Shown here: positions 45,855 through 54,599 of the stretch, piece after piece
Layout: every line of letters starts with the position of its first letter
Numbering within the stretch: position 1 is the first letter of the stretch
Assembly: GCA_963422735.1 (NCBI GenBank)
Contig: OY730476.1
Coordinates: forward strand, 4,000,880 to 4,064,879
Direction of reading: 5' to 3'
DNA from: Candidatus Latescibacterota bacterium
GTDB lineage: Bacteria > Latescibacterota > UBA2968 > UBA8231
Length of the DNA: 64,000 nucleotides
Translations under genes and position numbers: made by a program
The notes under the pieces: generated by a model
Told to the model about the DNA's origin: nothing
The model's input: the letters and a program-made list of their open reading frames with translations, nothing else
Database searches by the model: none

Positions 45855-46610
45855 ATGGCTGCCCCCATAGCACTTCAACTCTACACGGTCCGCGACGCCC
45901 TCGCGCACAACTTCAAGTCCGTGGTCACCCGGATTGCCGAGATAGGGTACGTGGGAGTCGAGACGGCCGGATTTCCCGGCATCGCAGTAGATGAAGCCAG
46001 CGATCTGTTCGCCGATCTAGGATTAAATGTATGCAGCGTGCATACTCAATTGCCTTTGGGCAAACAAAAAAACCAAGTCATCGAACTGGCCCTCGAGCTA
46101 GAAGCTACCCGCGTGGTGTCCTCCACGCCGCGCGATGCCTTCGCAAGCGCAGACGCGCTCGATGCGCTTTGCGCTCGCTGGAACCAAGCCGCCGAGATCG
46201 CCGCCGAGAATGGGTTGGAGCTGGGCCTGCATAACCACTGGTGGGAGTTCCAAGAAGTAGAAGGGCGTCCGGGTTTTGAGCACCTAGTCGACGCGCTCGA
46301 CGAGTCCATCTTCTTTCAGGTCGATACCTATTGGGTCAACACCGGCGGCGGCGACTCGGTGCAGGTCGTCGAAGAGTTGGGCGAGCGTGCGCCGCTTTTG
46401 CACATCAAGGACGGCCCGTGCGACCCCGCGCAGGACATGCTCGCCGTCGGCGAGGGGGCCATGGATTTCCCGCCCATTATCGAGGCCAGCCACGGCACTT
46501 GCGACTGGCTGATCGTCGAGTTGGACCGCTGCGCGACCGATATGGTGGAAGCCGTAGAAAAAAGCTATCAATACCTCGTTGGCAACGAGCTGGCGCGCGG
46601 TGCCAGATAA
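45855..46610 (+). CDS. sugar phosphate isomerase/epimerase (xylose isomerase-like TIM barrel)
   Basis: IALQLYTVRDAL...IGYVGVETAGF...LHIKDG. Confidence 0.8.
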   Translation: MAAPIALQLYTVRDALAHNFKSVVTRIAEIGYVGVETAGFPGIAVDEASDLFADLGLNVCSVHTQLPLGKQKNQVIELALELEATRVVSSTPRDAFASADALDALCARWNQAAEIAAENGLELGLHNHWWEFQEVEGRPGFEHLVDALDESIFFQVDTYWVNTGGGDSVQVVEELGERAPLLHIKDGPCDPAQDMLAVGEGAMDFPPIIEASHGTCDWLIVELDRCATDMVEAVEKSYQYLVGNELARGAR

Positions 46611-46625
46611 CGCAAAAGGAGCGTC

Positions 46626-47276
46626 ATGGCAAAGAAAGCAATCATGGTTTGGGGCGGCTGGGACGGGCATGAGCCCAAGCAGTGCGTCGATATTTTCGCG
46701 CCCATCCTAGAGGAAGAAGGGTTCGCAGTAACCATTTCGGACACCCTCGACACGTACAAAGACCGCGACCTAATGGCCGAGCAGGATCTCGTGGTGCCGG
46801 CGTGGACGATGGGCCAGATCGAAGGAGAACAGGAACAAGGGCTGCTCGCAGCCGTTGATCGCGGTGCTGGTGTGGCGGGCTGGCACGGCTGCATGGCCGA
46901 TTCGTTCCGCAACAATACTACCTATCAGTTCATGGTCGGCGGCCAGTTTGTGGCCCACCCAGACGGCATCATCGACTACGCGGTCAACATCGCGGCCCCA
47001 GACGATCCAATCGTCGCCGGGCTAGACGACTTTCAAATGCACTCCGAGCAATACTACATGCACACCGACCCAGGCAATCAAGTGCTGGCCACGACGACCC
47101 TAGAGGGCCGTCAAAGTGCGCCTTGGGTCAACGGGACGGTCATGCCAGTGGTGTGGAAGCGCGCGTGGGGAGCGGGTCGGGTGTTCTACTCGTCGCTGGG
47201 CCACGTAGCGCGAGATTTCGACGTGCCCGAAGCGCGCGAAATCCAGCGGCGCGGCATGCTCTGGGCCAGCCGCTGA
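46626..47276 (+). CDS. ThuA domain protein
   Basis: [15 protein letters not shown]...[13 protein letters not shown]...FVAHP...[11 protein letters not shown]. Confidence 0.8.
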   Translation: MAKKAIMVWGGWDGHEPKQCVDIFAPILEEEGFAVTISDTLDTYKDRDLMAEQDLVVPAWTMGQIEGEQEQGLLAAVDRGAGVAGWHGCMADSFRNNTTYQFMVGGQFVAHPDGIIDYAVNIAAPDDPIVAGLDDFQMHSEQYYMHTDPGNQVLATTTLEGRQSAPWVNGTVMPVVWKRAWGAGRVFYSSLGHVARDFDVPEAREIQRRGMLWASR

Positions 47277-47288
47277 GGAGATCGCGCT

Positions 47289-47429
47289 ATGAAGCTCCGC
47301 AAAAATGGCCTTTGCCTTCCCTCGCTGCCGTGCGGGCCGGCGTGCCTCTTTTGGAGCCTTGGGGTAGCGGTGGGTCTCCTCTTAGCCGTCCTGACGTGGT
47401 GGCTTATAAACCGGCTGTCTGAGGAGTAA
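47289..47429 (+). CDS. small (46 aa) membrane protein, translationally coupled to the next gene
   Basis: GAGGAG 8 nt before the ATG. Peptide: MKLRKNGLCLPSLPCGPACLFWSLGVAVGLLLAVLTWWLINRLSEE. The TAA overlaps the ATG of 47429 (TAATG). Read by hand. Confidence 0.45.
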   Translation: MKLRKNGLCLPSLPCGPACLFWSLGVAVGLLLAVLTWWLINRLSEE

Positions 47430-48151
47430 TGGGCCGCAAGAAAGTGCTGATTACGGGGGCGGCGGGCCGCATCGGCGAGGTCTTGCGCCACGGGCTAAGG
47501 GAGTGCTACGACCTGCGGGTGCTGTACCACCGCACGGTGCGGCCCGCCGCCGCGGGCGAGGAGGTCGCCTTGGGCAGCGTCGCCGATCTGGCCACTATGG
47601 CCACAGCTATCGCCGGTGTCGATGCTGTAGTCCACCTCGCCGGTGATCCAGAGGTTGGGGCCACTTGGGAGTCGGTACTCGAAAAGAACATCCAAGGCGT
47701 GTACTGCGCGTACGAGGCCTGCAAAAACGCGAGCGTCAAGCGGGTCGTCTTCGCCAGCACCAATCACGTGACCGGCTTTTACGAGCAAGACGGGATGTAC
47801 ACCACGCCAGAGATGCCCGTGCGGCCCGACAGCCTGTACGGAGCGAGTAAGGCATTTGGAGAAAGTCTGGGACGCTATTATGTGGATCGCTACGGATTGG
47901 AAGTCGTATGCCTGCGCATCGGCTCGTTCCAGCCGGATTCGGCAGTCGTCGAGCGCCAAAGTGACCGGATTCTTTCCACCTGGCTGAGCCACCGCGACTG
48001 CGTACATCTCGTGCAGCGCTCTATTGAGGCCGACGTGCGCTATGGAATCTACTACGGAATCTCGGGCAATACCCGCGCTTACTGGGACATTCAAAACGCC
48101 CGCCAAGAACTAGGCTACACCCCCCAAGACAACGCCGAGCACTTGGTTTGA
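47429..48151 (+). CDS. NAD-dependent epimerase/dehydratase family (uronate-dehydrogenase-like)
   Basis: KKVLITGAAGRIGEVLRHGL...YGASKAFGE. Confidence 0.75.
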   Translation: MGRKKVLITGAAGRIGEVLRHGLRECYDLRVLYHRTVRPAAAGEEVALGSVADLATMATAIAGVDAVVHLAGDPEVGATWESVLEKNIQGVYCAYEACKNASVKRVVFASTNHVTGFYEQDGMYTTPEMPVRPDSLYGASKAFGESLGRYYVDRYGLEVVCLRIGSFQPDSAVVERQSDRILSTWLSHRDCVHLVQRSIEADVRYGIYYGISGNTRAYWDIQNARQELGYTPQDNAEHLV

Positions 48152-48176
48152 GTGGATAGTGATGAGTGAATGGCAT

Positions 48177-48204
48177 CTAACCACTATCCACTCGTCACTC
48201 ATCA
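48177..48204. repeat. degenerate heptamer tract CTAACCA CTATCCA CTCGTCA CTCATCA
   Basis: Period-7. The first unit is identical to the unit of the 50922-50991 array. It is preceded by a partially complementary stretch, gagtggatagtgatgagtga. Confidence 0.5.
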
Positions 48205-48362
48205 CTCTTCTTCCTCAACCCCCGCCCAAAAGTCCCCATCAGCCGCAAACATATACGGACTACGTCCCGCAGGATATACAGCCCCAAGCAGACGCCAAAA
48301 AAGGCGGCGACTCGGGGGTCGTAGGCCAGTTCGATGATGCGGTCGAGTAGGGCGGAAATCAC
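48195..48362 (-). CDS. possible 55-aa membrane protein coupled to the Zn-ribbon gene
   Basis: GTG overlaps the upstream stop (ATGTGA). Peptide: VISALLDRIIELAYDPRVAAFFGVCLGLYILRDVV... Read by hand. Confidence 0.3.
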   Translation of the reverse strand: MISALLDRIIELAYDPRVAAFFGVCLGLYILRDVVRICLRLMGTFGRGLRKKSDE

Positions 48363-48541
48363 ATTGTATCCGCCTGCTCATAGCAGGGACAGGCGTGCAC
48401 CGGTAGGCGGGGATACTTGTCCAAGCGCGGATCGGTGGCAGCGCGGCGACACAGGTAGAAGACCGAGCCGCTCCCGGACTCTACGGGACGCACGTGGCGG
48501 CACTGGGCGCACAGGCCGATCTCAAGCGGCGATTTTACCAA
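48359..48541 (-). CDS. small Cys-rich (zinc-ribbon-like) protein
   Basis: CAQCRH...FYLCRR...PVHACPCY. Confidence 0.5.
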   Translation of the reverse strand: MVKSPLEIGLCAQCRHVRPVESGSGSVFYLCRRAATDPRLDKYPRLPVHACPCYEQADTM

Positions 48542-49572
48542 GCGAGTGCCCCCTGCAATGCGACCTCTCGTTCGCCAGAAGCGATTTCTCCGAACCGATA
48601 GGCCGGGCAGGCTTGGGCCGCTAAGTGGGCCAGCACCTGTTCTACGGCCTCGGGCGCAACCACCAGCACCATGCCCACTCCCATGTTAAACGTGCGCAGC
48701 ATGTCCGCGTCCTCTAGGTCGCCTGCTGCGCGCAAGGTGCGGAAGATCGGCGGGATCTTTAGGGCCGCCAAGTCGAGTTGGGCGTTAAGGCCCGACGGCA
48801 AGATGCGACTGAGGTTGTCGCGGAGGCCGCCGCCGGTGATGTGGGCCATGCCGTGGAGGCCGGGGTCGGTGAAAAGGCCGCGCACGGCCTGCAAGTAGCA
48901 AGTATGGGGCTTGAGCACTGCTTCGAGGAAGGGTTCGCCGGCTATGTCTGCGGCGAGCAGCTCGGGTTGCCGAGCTAAAAGGGCGCGGACCAGCGTGTAG
49001 CCATTGGTGTGCAAGCCGTTGGAAGCGAGCGCCAAAACCTGATCGCCGGCCTCGATCGCTTGGCCATCGATGATATTGTCCTTATCAACGACGCCGATGA
49101 CGCTGGCGGTCAGCACGTAGAGGCCGTCGGGAACCACGCCGGGCTGCACCGAAGTCTCTCCGCCGGTCAGGGTGCAGCCCTGTTGGCGGCAGGCGTCGGC
49201 CAAGGCTTCTACAAGGTCGTTGACGATTATTCCCTCCATCGTACCGCATACGATGACGTCCTGGATCGAAATTGGCTCGGCGCCCATGGCGATAATATCG
49301 TCGATGAGGTGGTTGACCATGTCGTAGCAGACCCCGCGATGGCGGCCGTGGGCAAAAGCCAACTTCTGCTTGGATCCTGGCTCCTCGCTCTTGTGGACCA
49401 GCACTGGGTGTGCGTATCCGGGGAAGCGGGCGTCGAGCAAGGTGGCGAATGCGCCAATACGGTTGAGTACGCGCGGGTCTGCGGTTTCCATGCTCGCGGC
49501 CATGGCGCGCTTGGCGGCATCGGTCTGGTCTATATCGACGCCGGTGCTGGCATAGGAGAGGCGTTGGCTCAT
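48535..49572 (-). CDS. purM: phosphoribosylformylglycinamidine cyclo-ligase (AIR synthetase)
   Basis: ORF trimmed to MSQRLSYASTGVDIDQTDAAKRAM... (345 aa). Also GLHTNGYTL and MAHITGGGL. Confidence 0.93.
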   Translation of the reverse strand: MSQRLSYASTGVDIDQTDAAKRAMAASMETADPRVLNRIGAFATLLDARFPGYAHPVLVHKSEEPGSKQKLAFAHGRHRGVCYDMVNHLIDDIIAMGAEPISIQDVIVCGTMEGIIVNDLVEALADACRQQGCTLTGGETSVQPGVVPDGLYVLTASVIGVVDKDNIIDGQAIEAGDQVLALASNGLHTNGYTLVRALLARQPELLAADIAGEPFLEAVLKPHTCYLQAVRGLFTDPGLHGMAHITGGGLRDNLSRILPSGLNAQLDLAALKIPPIFRTLRAAGDLEDADMLRTFNMGVGMVLVVAPEAVEQVLAHLAAQACPAYRFGEIASGEREVALQGALAW

Positions 49573-50741
49573 AGGGTTCCTTGCTGTTCCATCAAGTCGG
49601 AGATCAACTCGACGCCCAATCCCGGCCCTAACGGAGCGTGCAGGCAGCCTTGCCGGTAGGTCAAGCGCGGTGTGACTACATCGCTTGCCAACAGGCCCGG
49701 GCCGACCAAATCCGAGGGCGCGCAAACAGCTTTCGAGGCCACGCCCAGATGCACGGCCGCGGCCGTGCCAATGCCCAGCTCGACTGTACTGCCGAGCAGG
49801 ACGGGTACGCTGGCGGCCGCGGCGAGTTGGATCAGACGCTGGGCGCGGTGCAGGCTGCCGGCTTGGACGGGCGCGACGTTGAAGGCATCCACAGCCCGGT
49901 GGCGCAAGAGGGCGAGGGCAAACGAGTCGGCAAAGTCGGCGACGTGTTCGATGAGGGCGGCGGGCACGGCCGTGCGCACCCTCGCCAAGGCCAAGGCTGC
50001 GGAGTCTGGGTCGGCATTGACCTGCTCGGGGTGGTCCTTGGCCACTTTGCGTGCGACGCATTGGATCGGCGTCTCAACCGCATCTACGCCCAGCGCAGAT
50101 AGCTCGCGGATCCGCTCGATGGCCTCTTCTTCTTCCCACGCGCCCGAAGCATCGGCTTTGAGGTATGCATCCGGGCCGACAATCCGGCGGCAGACGCGGA
50201 CGCGCTCGCAATCGAGCTCAAAGTCGGCCCCCACTTTGAGCTTGAAGGCCCTAAAGCCCGCGGCGACTTTTTCCTGAATCTCCTCTACCAGCGCATCCGC
50301 ACTGCGGATGTACGCGACCCAAGAGATGGGTAGCGCGTCCCGGTACTGGCCGCCTAAGAGCGCGTGGGCCGGGGCGTTGTAATACTTGCCCGCGAGGTCG
50401 ATCAGGGCCATTTCTACGGCTGCGCCGACGAGCTGGCGGAATTCCGGGTGATCGCTAGCCGGCAGTGCCTCGGCTACGCGCTCCCAAGCGAGGAGTCGTT
50501 TGCGCGGGTCAGCACCAGCGAGCAGGGGCGTCAGGGTCTCGCGCAGGGTCGCTGGCGATGGCGCTTGCCACGCATCTTCTATATCCGAGATCTCGCCGAG
50601 GCCGCGCAGGCCGGTATTGGTCTCGATTTCCAGCACGTAGTAGCGCGAGGCATTCTTGCTGTGGCCGCCCGTGGGGGCTACGTAGGTGTGATACACGCGG
50701 GGTACGGCGACCGAGTAAACGCGGATGTGGCAGATGTGCAT
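49569..50741 (-). CDS. enolase-superfamily enzyme (mandelate racemase / muconate lactonizing family)
   Basis: GLRGLGEISD...FRAFKLKVG...LKADASGAW...VETPIQ. Confidence 0.8.
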   Translation of the reverse strand: MHICHIRVYSVAVPRVYHTYVAPTGGHSKNASRYYVLEIETNTGLRGLGEISDIEDAWQAPSPATLRETLTPLLAGADPRKRLLAWERVAEALPASDHPEFRQLVGAAVEMALIDLAGKYYNAPAHALLGGQYRDALPISWVAYIRSADALVEEIQEKVAAGFRAFKLKVGADFELDCERVRVCRRIVGPDAYLKADASGAWEEEEAIERIRELSALGVDAVETPIQCVARKVAKDHPEQVNADPDSAALALARVRTAVPAALIEHVADFADSFALALLRHRAVDAFNVAPVQAGSLHRAQRLIQLAAAASVPVLLGSTVELGIGTAAAVHLGVASKAVCAPSDLVGPGLLASDVVTPRLTYRQGCLHAPLGPGLGVELISDLMEQQGTL

Positions 50742-50921
50742 AAGGCGACTCTGAGAAGATGACTGGCCGGATTGTACGGCTGGCCCTCGGCTGAGTCAAC
50801 CGTATATTATCCACTGACGTTACGTAGCCTGATGTAACGTCTGTAGCTTCCGGTTGCCCGTACGTCGACGCGGGAATCCAGACTCAGCGAGCCCGGCGGG
50901 TCTATCTTAGACGAGCGGCCG

Positions 50922-50991
50922 AACCACTAACCACTAACCACTAACCACTAACCACTAACCACTAACCACTAACCACTAACCACTAACCACT
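50922..50991. repeat. perfect heptanucleotide tandem array (AACCACT)10
   Basis: Counted by hand: 70 nt, 10 identical units, ending 3 nt before the putative TTG start of mqnB. Confidence 0.97.
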
Positions 50992-50994
50992 CTT

Positions 50995-51717
50995 TTGACG
51001 GCCACGGAAGAGATCCTCGTGCTGAGCGCGACGGCCTTTGAGCAACTTGCCCTAAGAGAGGCCGTGGCCGAGTGCGTGCAGCGCAAAGTCGCCGAGCGCG
51101 AATGGGTGAGTGGGAAAATTGGCACTCAGCCGGTGACCTTGGTGGCGACCGGGATCGGCGCGGTGAACACAGCGCACGCGCTCACCTGCTACTTGCAGGG
51201 GCAGCGGCCGCTGCGGGTTGTACAGATCGGCGTGGGCGGGGCGTATCCAGAGAGCGGCGCAAGCGTCGGGGACTTGGCCTTGGCCAGCGAGGAATACTAC
51301 GGGGATCTGGGGGTGCGGACGCCGGACGGCTGGCAGAGCGGAGAGCTGATTGGCATTCCGGTGCTGGAAAAAGGGCACTCGTACTACAATTGCTTTCCCA
51401 TCGACGAACAGTGGGTGCAGCGGGCAGCGGCGGCTTTGCCAGAAGCCCACATCGGCCCCTTCGTCACCGTGCAGGAATGCGCGGGCACCGACGACTTGGG
51501 GGTGGAAAGGGGGCGGTGCTTTGGGGCCTTGTGCGAAAACATGGAGGGTGCGGCCGCCGCGCATGTATGCGCCCTGTACGAGGTGCCTTTTGCCGAACTC
51601 CGCGCTATGAGCAACATCGTCGAGCAGCGCGCGCGGGAGCAATGGGATTTGCCACGAGCCGCCGCTAGAGCACAAAACGCGGCTCAGAAGCTCTTGGAGG
51701 AGGGGCTATGCGCGTGA
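50995..51717 (+). CDS. mqnB: futalosine hydrolase
   Basis: PNP/UDP-family pattern: ILVLSATAFE...LVATGIGAVNTAHAL...QIGVGGAY...ENMEGAAAAHVC. Followed by mqnD. The TTG start is uncertain. Confidence 0.75.
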   Translation: MTATEEILVLSATAFEQLALREAVAECVQRKVAEREWVSGKIGTQPVTLVATGIGAVNTAHALTCYLQGQRPLRVVQIGVGGAYPESGASVGDLALASEEYYGDLGVRTPDGWQSGELIGIPVLEKGHSYYNCFPIDEQWVQRAAAALPEAHIGPFVTVQECAGTDDLGVERGRCFGALCENMEGAAAAHVCALYEVPFAELRAMSNIVEQRAREQWDLPRAAARAQNAAQKLLEEGLCA

Positions 51718-52535
51718 CCTTGGGCTATTCGCCCTGTCCCAACGATACGTTTGTCTTTTGCGGCTTGGTCCACGGACAGATCGCCGGCGCACCCGAATGC
51801 ACACCGGTGCTGGCCGACATAGAAACGCTCAACGCTCAGGCGCTGCGAGGGCAACTCGACGCGACCAAAATATCTTTCCACGCGCTGGCGCACTTGCGGG
51901 AGCAGTACTGCCTCCTGCATTCGGGCGGTGCCTTGGGGAGGGGGTGCGGGCCGCTCTTGGTAGCGCGGGAGAGGTTGGCACGGGAAGATCTCAAGCACAA
52001 GCGGATCGCCATTCCCGGGCGACTAACCACCGCAGCCCTGTTGCTGAGGCTCTTTGATCCCAGCATTGAGCAGCTAGCAATCATGCCTTTCGACCAGATC
52101 GTGGGCGCGACCGCGCAAGGCTTAGTTGATGCGGGCGTCATCATCCACGAGAGCCGCTTCACCTATGCCCAACACGGGTTAGAAGCAATCATCGACCTAG
52201 GCCAGTGGTGGGAGGAAAGCACTGGGCATCCGATCCCCCTCGGCGGCATCCTCGCGCGGCGCAGCCTCGGAGCCGAGTTCATCGACCGGCTCGATCGCGC
52301 GCTCGTTCAGAGCGTGGAGTACGCCTATGCCCACCCGGACGTAGTGCGGGGCTACATCTGCCAGTACGCCCAAGAGATGGACGAAGGCGTCATACAGGCG
52401 CACATTGACCTGTACGTCAACCAACATACGCTCGACTACGGAGCAGACGGCGAGGCCGCCATATTCGACCTGATTGAGCGAGCCGAGCGGGCCGGCATCG
52501 CGCCCAAGTCCGATGCTCCGCTCTTTATCTTTTAA
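51708..52535 (+). CDS. mqnD: 1,4-dihydroxy-6-naphthoate synthase
   Basis: MRVTLGYSPCPNDTFVFCGLVHGQI...TKISFHAL...LHSGGALGRGCGPLLVA. Confidence 0.85.
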   Translation: MRVTLGYSPCPNDTFVFCGLVHGQIAGAPECTPVLADIETLNAQALRGQLDATKISFHALAHLREQYCLLHSGGALGRGCGPLLVARERLAREDLKHKRIAIPGRLTTAALLLRLFDPSIEQLAIMPFDQIVGATAQGLVDAGVIIHESRFTYAQHGLEAIIDLGQWWEESTGHPIPLGGILARRSLGAEFIDRLDRALVQSVEYAYAHPDVVRGYICQYAQEMDEGVIQAHIDLYVNQHTLDYGADGEAAIFDLIERAERAGIAPKSDAPLFIF

Positions 52536-52558
52536 ACGATCACTATGGAGCAATACGC

Positions 52559-53578
52559 GTGAAACTGGTGCAATTTATCGAGCCGGGCGACGGCATGCGC
52601 TTGGGCCTCGTCGCCGGCGACGAAGTCTTAGACCTGACGGGCGCAGAACAGGGGCCGCGCACCGTGCATCAGCTCTACTACGACGGCGGCGGCGACGAGA
52701 TTGGGCTGGTAGCGGCCGCTCGGAACCTACAAAAACGGGCTGCGCGTCGCTTGCCCTTAGACGCGCTATTGGCCAACCGCAGCACCCGCGATCCGTACCT
52801 TGTTAAGCCGGTCAGCGGTCCGCCCGGCCATCCCCACGCCCTGCGCGTGTGGCTGGCCGGAGTGACCCACCAAGTCAGCGCGAAACTGCGCGAAATCGAG
52901 GCCCAGCAGGCCACCGGCGAGGCGGTCAACGTGTACGATCAGAAATACCGAGAAGTGTCCGGTGGCGGGCGACCTGAGCTATTCGCCAAGGGCGAGCCGG
53001 ACGCCGTCGTCGGGCACGGCCAGCCCATCACCCGCCCCGGCGATACCCAGCGCTTGGTGCCAGAGACCGAGTTGGTGTCGGTCTATGGCTTGACGCGCCA
53101 AGGCCACTTAGAGAGGCTGGGCTACACCGGCGGAAACGACGCCACCGACAACGGCATTGAGGCCGCCAATCCCCTCAACTTGCCCCAAGCCAAAAATTGG
53201 GCCGGTGGGTGCGCTTCTCTAGGGCCGGTGTTGGTGGCGGCCGACGAGTACGACGACGAGGTCGAGGTCTCGTGTCGCATCTTGCGCAACGGACAATCCA
53301 TAGCTTACAAGCAGGGCGCGACCGGCCAGAACAACCTGAACATGCCCGGGCGGCTTTTGCACTTAGAGCACCACCTTTTCAGGCGGATGCCCCTAGCGCC
53401 GCGCACCCTGTTGGCGTTTTATTGGGGGACGCCCATCGTCTTTGCCGAGGCGGACTTGGCGGGGGGGCTTTTAGACGGGGACGTGATGCAGTTGACCTTT
53501 TCCGGTGGGATCGGGGTTTTGGAAAATCCAGTGGTGCCCCTCGAAGAGCCAAGGCAGCTACAGGGTTTAGGGGGATAG
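52559..53578 (+). CDS. fumarylacetoacetate hydrolase (FAH) family protein
   Basis: GTG start. VPETELVSVYG...GYTGGNDATD...QAKNWAGGCASLGPVL. Confidence 0.65.
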   Translation: MKLVQFIEPGDGMRLGLVAGDEVLDLTGAEQGPRTVHQLYYDGGGDEIGLVAAARNLQKRAARRLPLDALLANRSTRDPYLVKPVSGPPGHPHALRVWLAGVTHQVSAKLREIEAQQATGEAVNVYDQKYREVSGGGRPELFAKGEPDAVVGHGQPITRPGDTQRLVPETELVSVYGLTRQGHLERLGYTGGNDATDNGIEAANPLNLPQAKNWAGGCASLGPVLVAADEYDDEVEVSCRILRNGQSIAYKQGATGQNNLNMPGRLLHLEHHLFRRMPLAPRTLLAFYWGTPIVFAEADLAGGLLDGDVMQLTFSGGIGVLENPVVPLEEPRQLQGLGG

Positions 53579-54180
53579 CGGCGGCAAGTTCTCCGTTCTT
53601 TCGAATAGATCCAAGCGCTCGCATATTCCAACGAGTTTCCCATGTAGATGCCGTACGTCGACCACCGCCCCGAAGCGAATGAATATCTTTTCGAAGCACT
53701 CGTACTGTGGACCCCAATAGACCATCGCGCAGGACATTGGAGCACCCTTGCCACCGTCCCTCCCGTTTACGAGAAAGCGCAGCCGGGTGTCGTAGAGAAA
53801 CGCGATCGCAGTAGCAGCGCCGAACACGTATTGTTTCCAGTGGCGAGTATTCGCAGCGACAGGCACAAGGGCGAGCACTTCAACACCGTGTTGTACGTGA
53901 GCCTCGGTGCATTTTCGAAGCCAATCTCGAATCGTGGTGCCTCTCTCGCGGTCCCTGCCGTATGGAGGATTGACGAAGACGGTAGGGTAATCCACGATGC
54001 TGACAATCCGTCAATCTCAGGCAGAGCGTATTCTACAGTCGCCCCTACGATAGAATGGCGATTGGAGCATGGGTCCAGCGCGACTGATTCGGCGAAAAAC
54101 TCTCGTATCGCGTTAACGTACTTTGGTGGAGTACACCAATGTTGGCTTAGCACTTCGGCGTTGTTACGTCCTGCAGTCAT
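53567..54180 (-). pseudogene. phage-type DNA N6-adenine methyltransferase (Dam family), 1-nt frameshift
   Basis: ORF 53767-54180: MTAGRNNAEVLSQHWCTPPKYVNAIREFFAESVALDPCSN...IDGLSASW. ORF 53567-53995 in another frame: DYPTVFVNPPYGRDRERGTTIRDWLRKC...VLALVPVAANTRHW. The junction tcgtggattac (about 53991-53995) looks like tgg-gat with one G missing. Confidence 0.7.
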
Positions 54181-54599
54181 GTCTAGTCACCCGCGTACCA
54201 GTCTTTTGCGGGTTCTCAGTCGTACCGGCACGGGGAGAGTTTTCAAATCGAAAAATAGGAGAACGTGTCCATTGAATACAGTATAGCACCTCAACTAGCC
54301 GGTATCGCAGTGCTTGGCTAGTGAATCATCAGGTGCTATTTGTATGGTACCGTTTTTTATTTGTTGTATACAAGGCCACTCGACAGCATCGCAAAGCAGC
54401 CCGAGGGGGTTTTAAGAACGCTTCTAAAAAAGTTAGTGTCTCAAGAGCTTCTATTGTCTCGCGAACTACTTTGACAGTACTCAATTTCTCATCCTTTGTT
54501 CATCTAACTCAAAAAGTTATTATATCACTCTCTCGCTAGTATAGTCTGTTCTACATCGCCTTCCATTATACTTCAACAGGAGATGCTTTAACTGCTGTC

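Noticed and set aside
48535-50061. 508-aa ORF suggesting a much longer PurM
   Set aside because: The first 163 codons are Arg/Pro/Gly-rich low-complexity sequence that overlaps the enolase-superfamily gene in another frame. A canonical PurM N-terminus starts at the internal ATG at 49572. The same logic was applied to 961-1992, 35318-36337, 44550-45692, 58774-59835 and 61070-62227.
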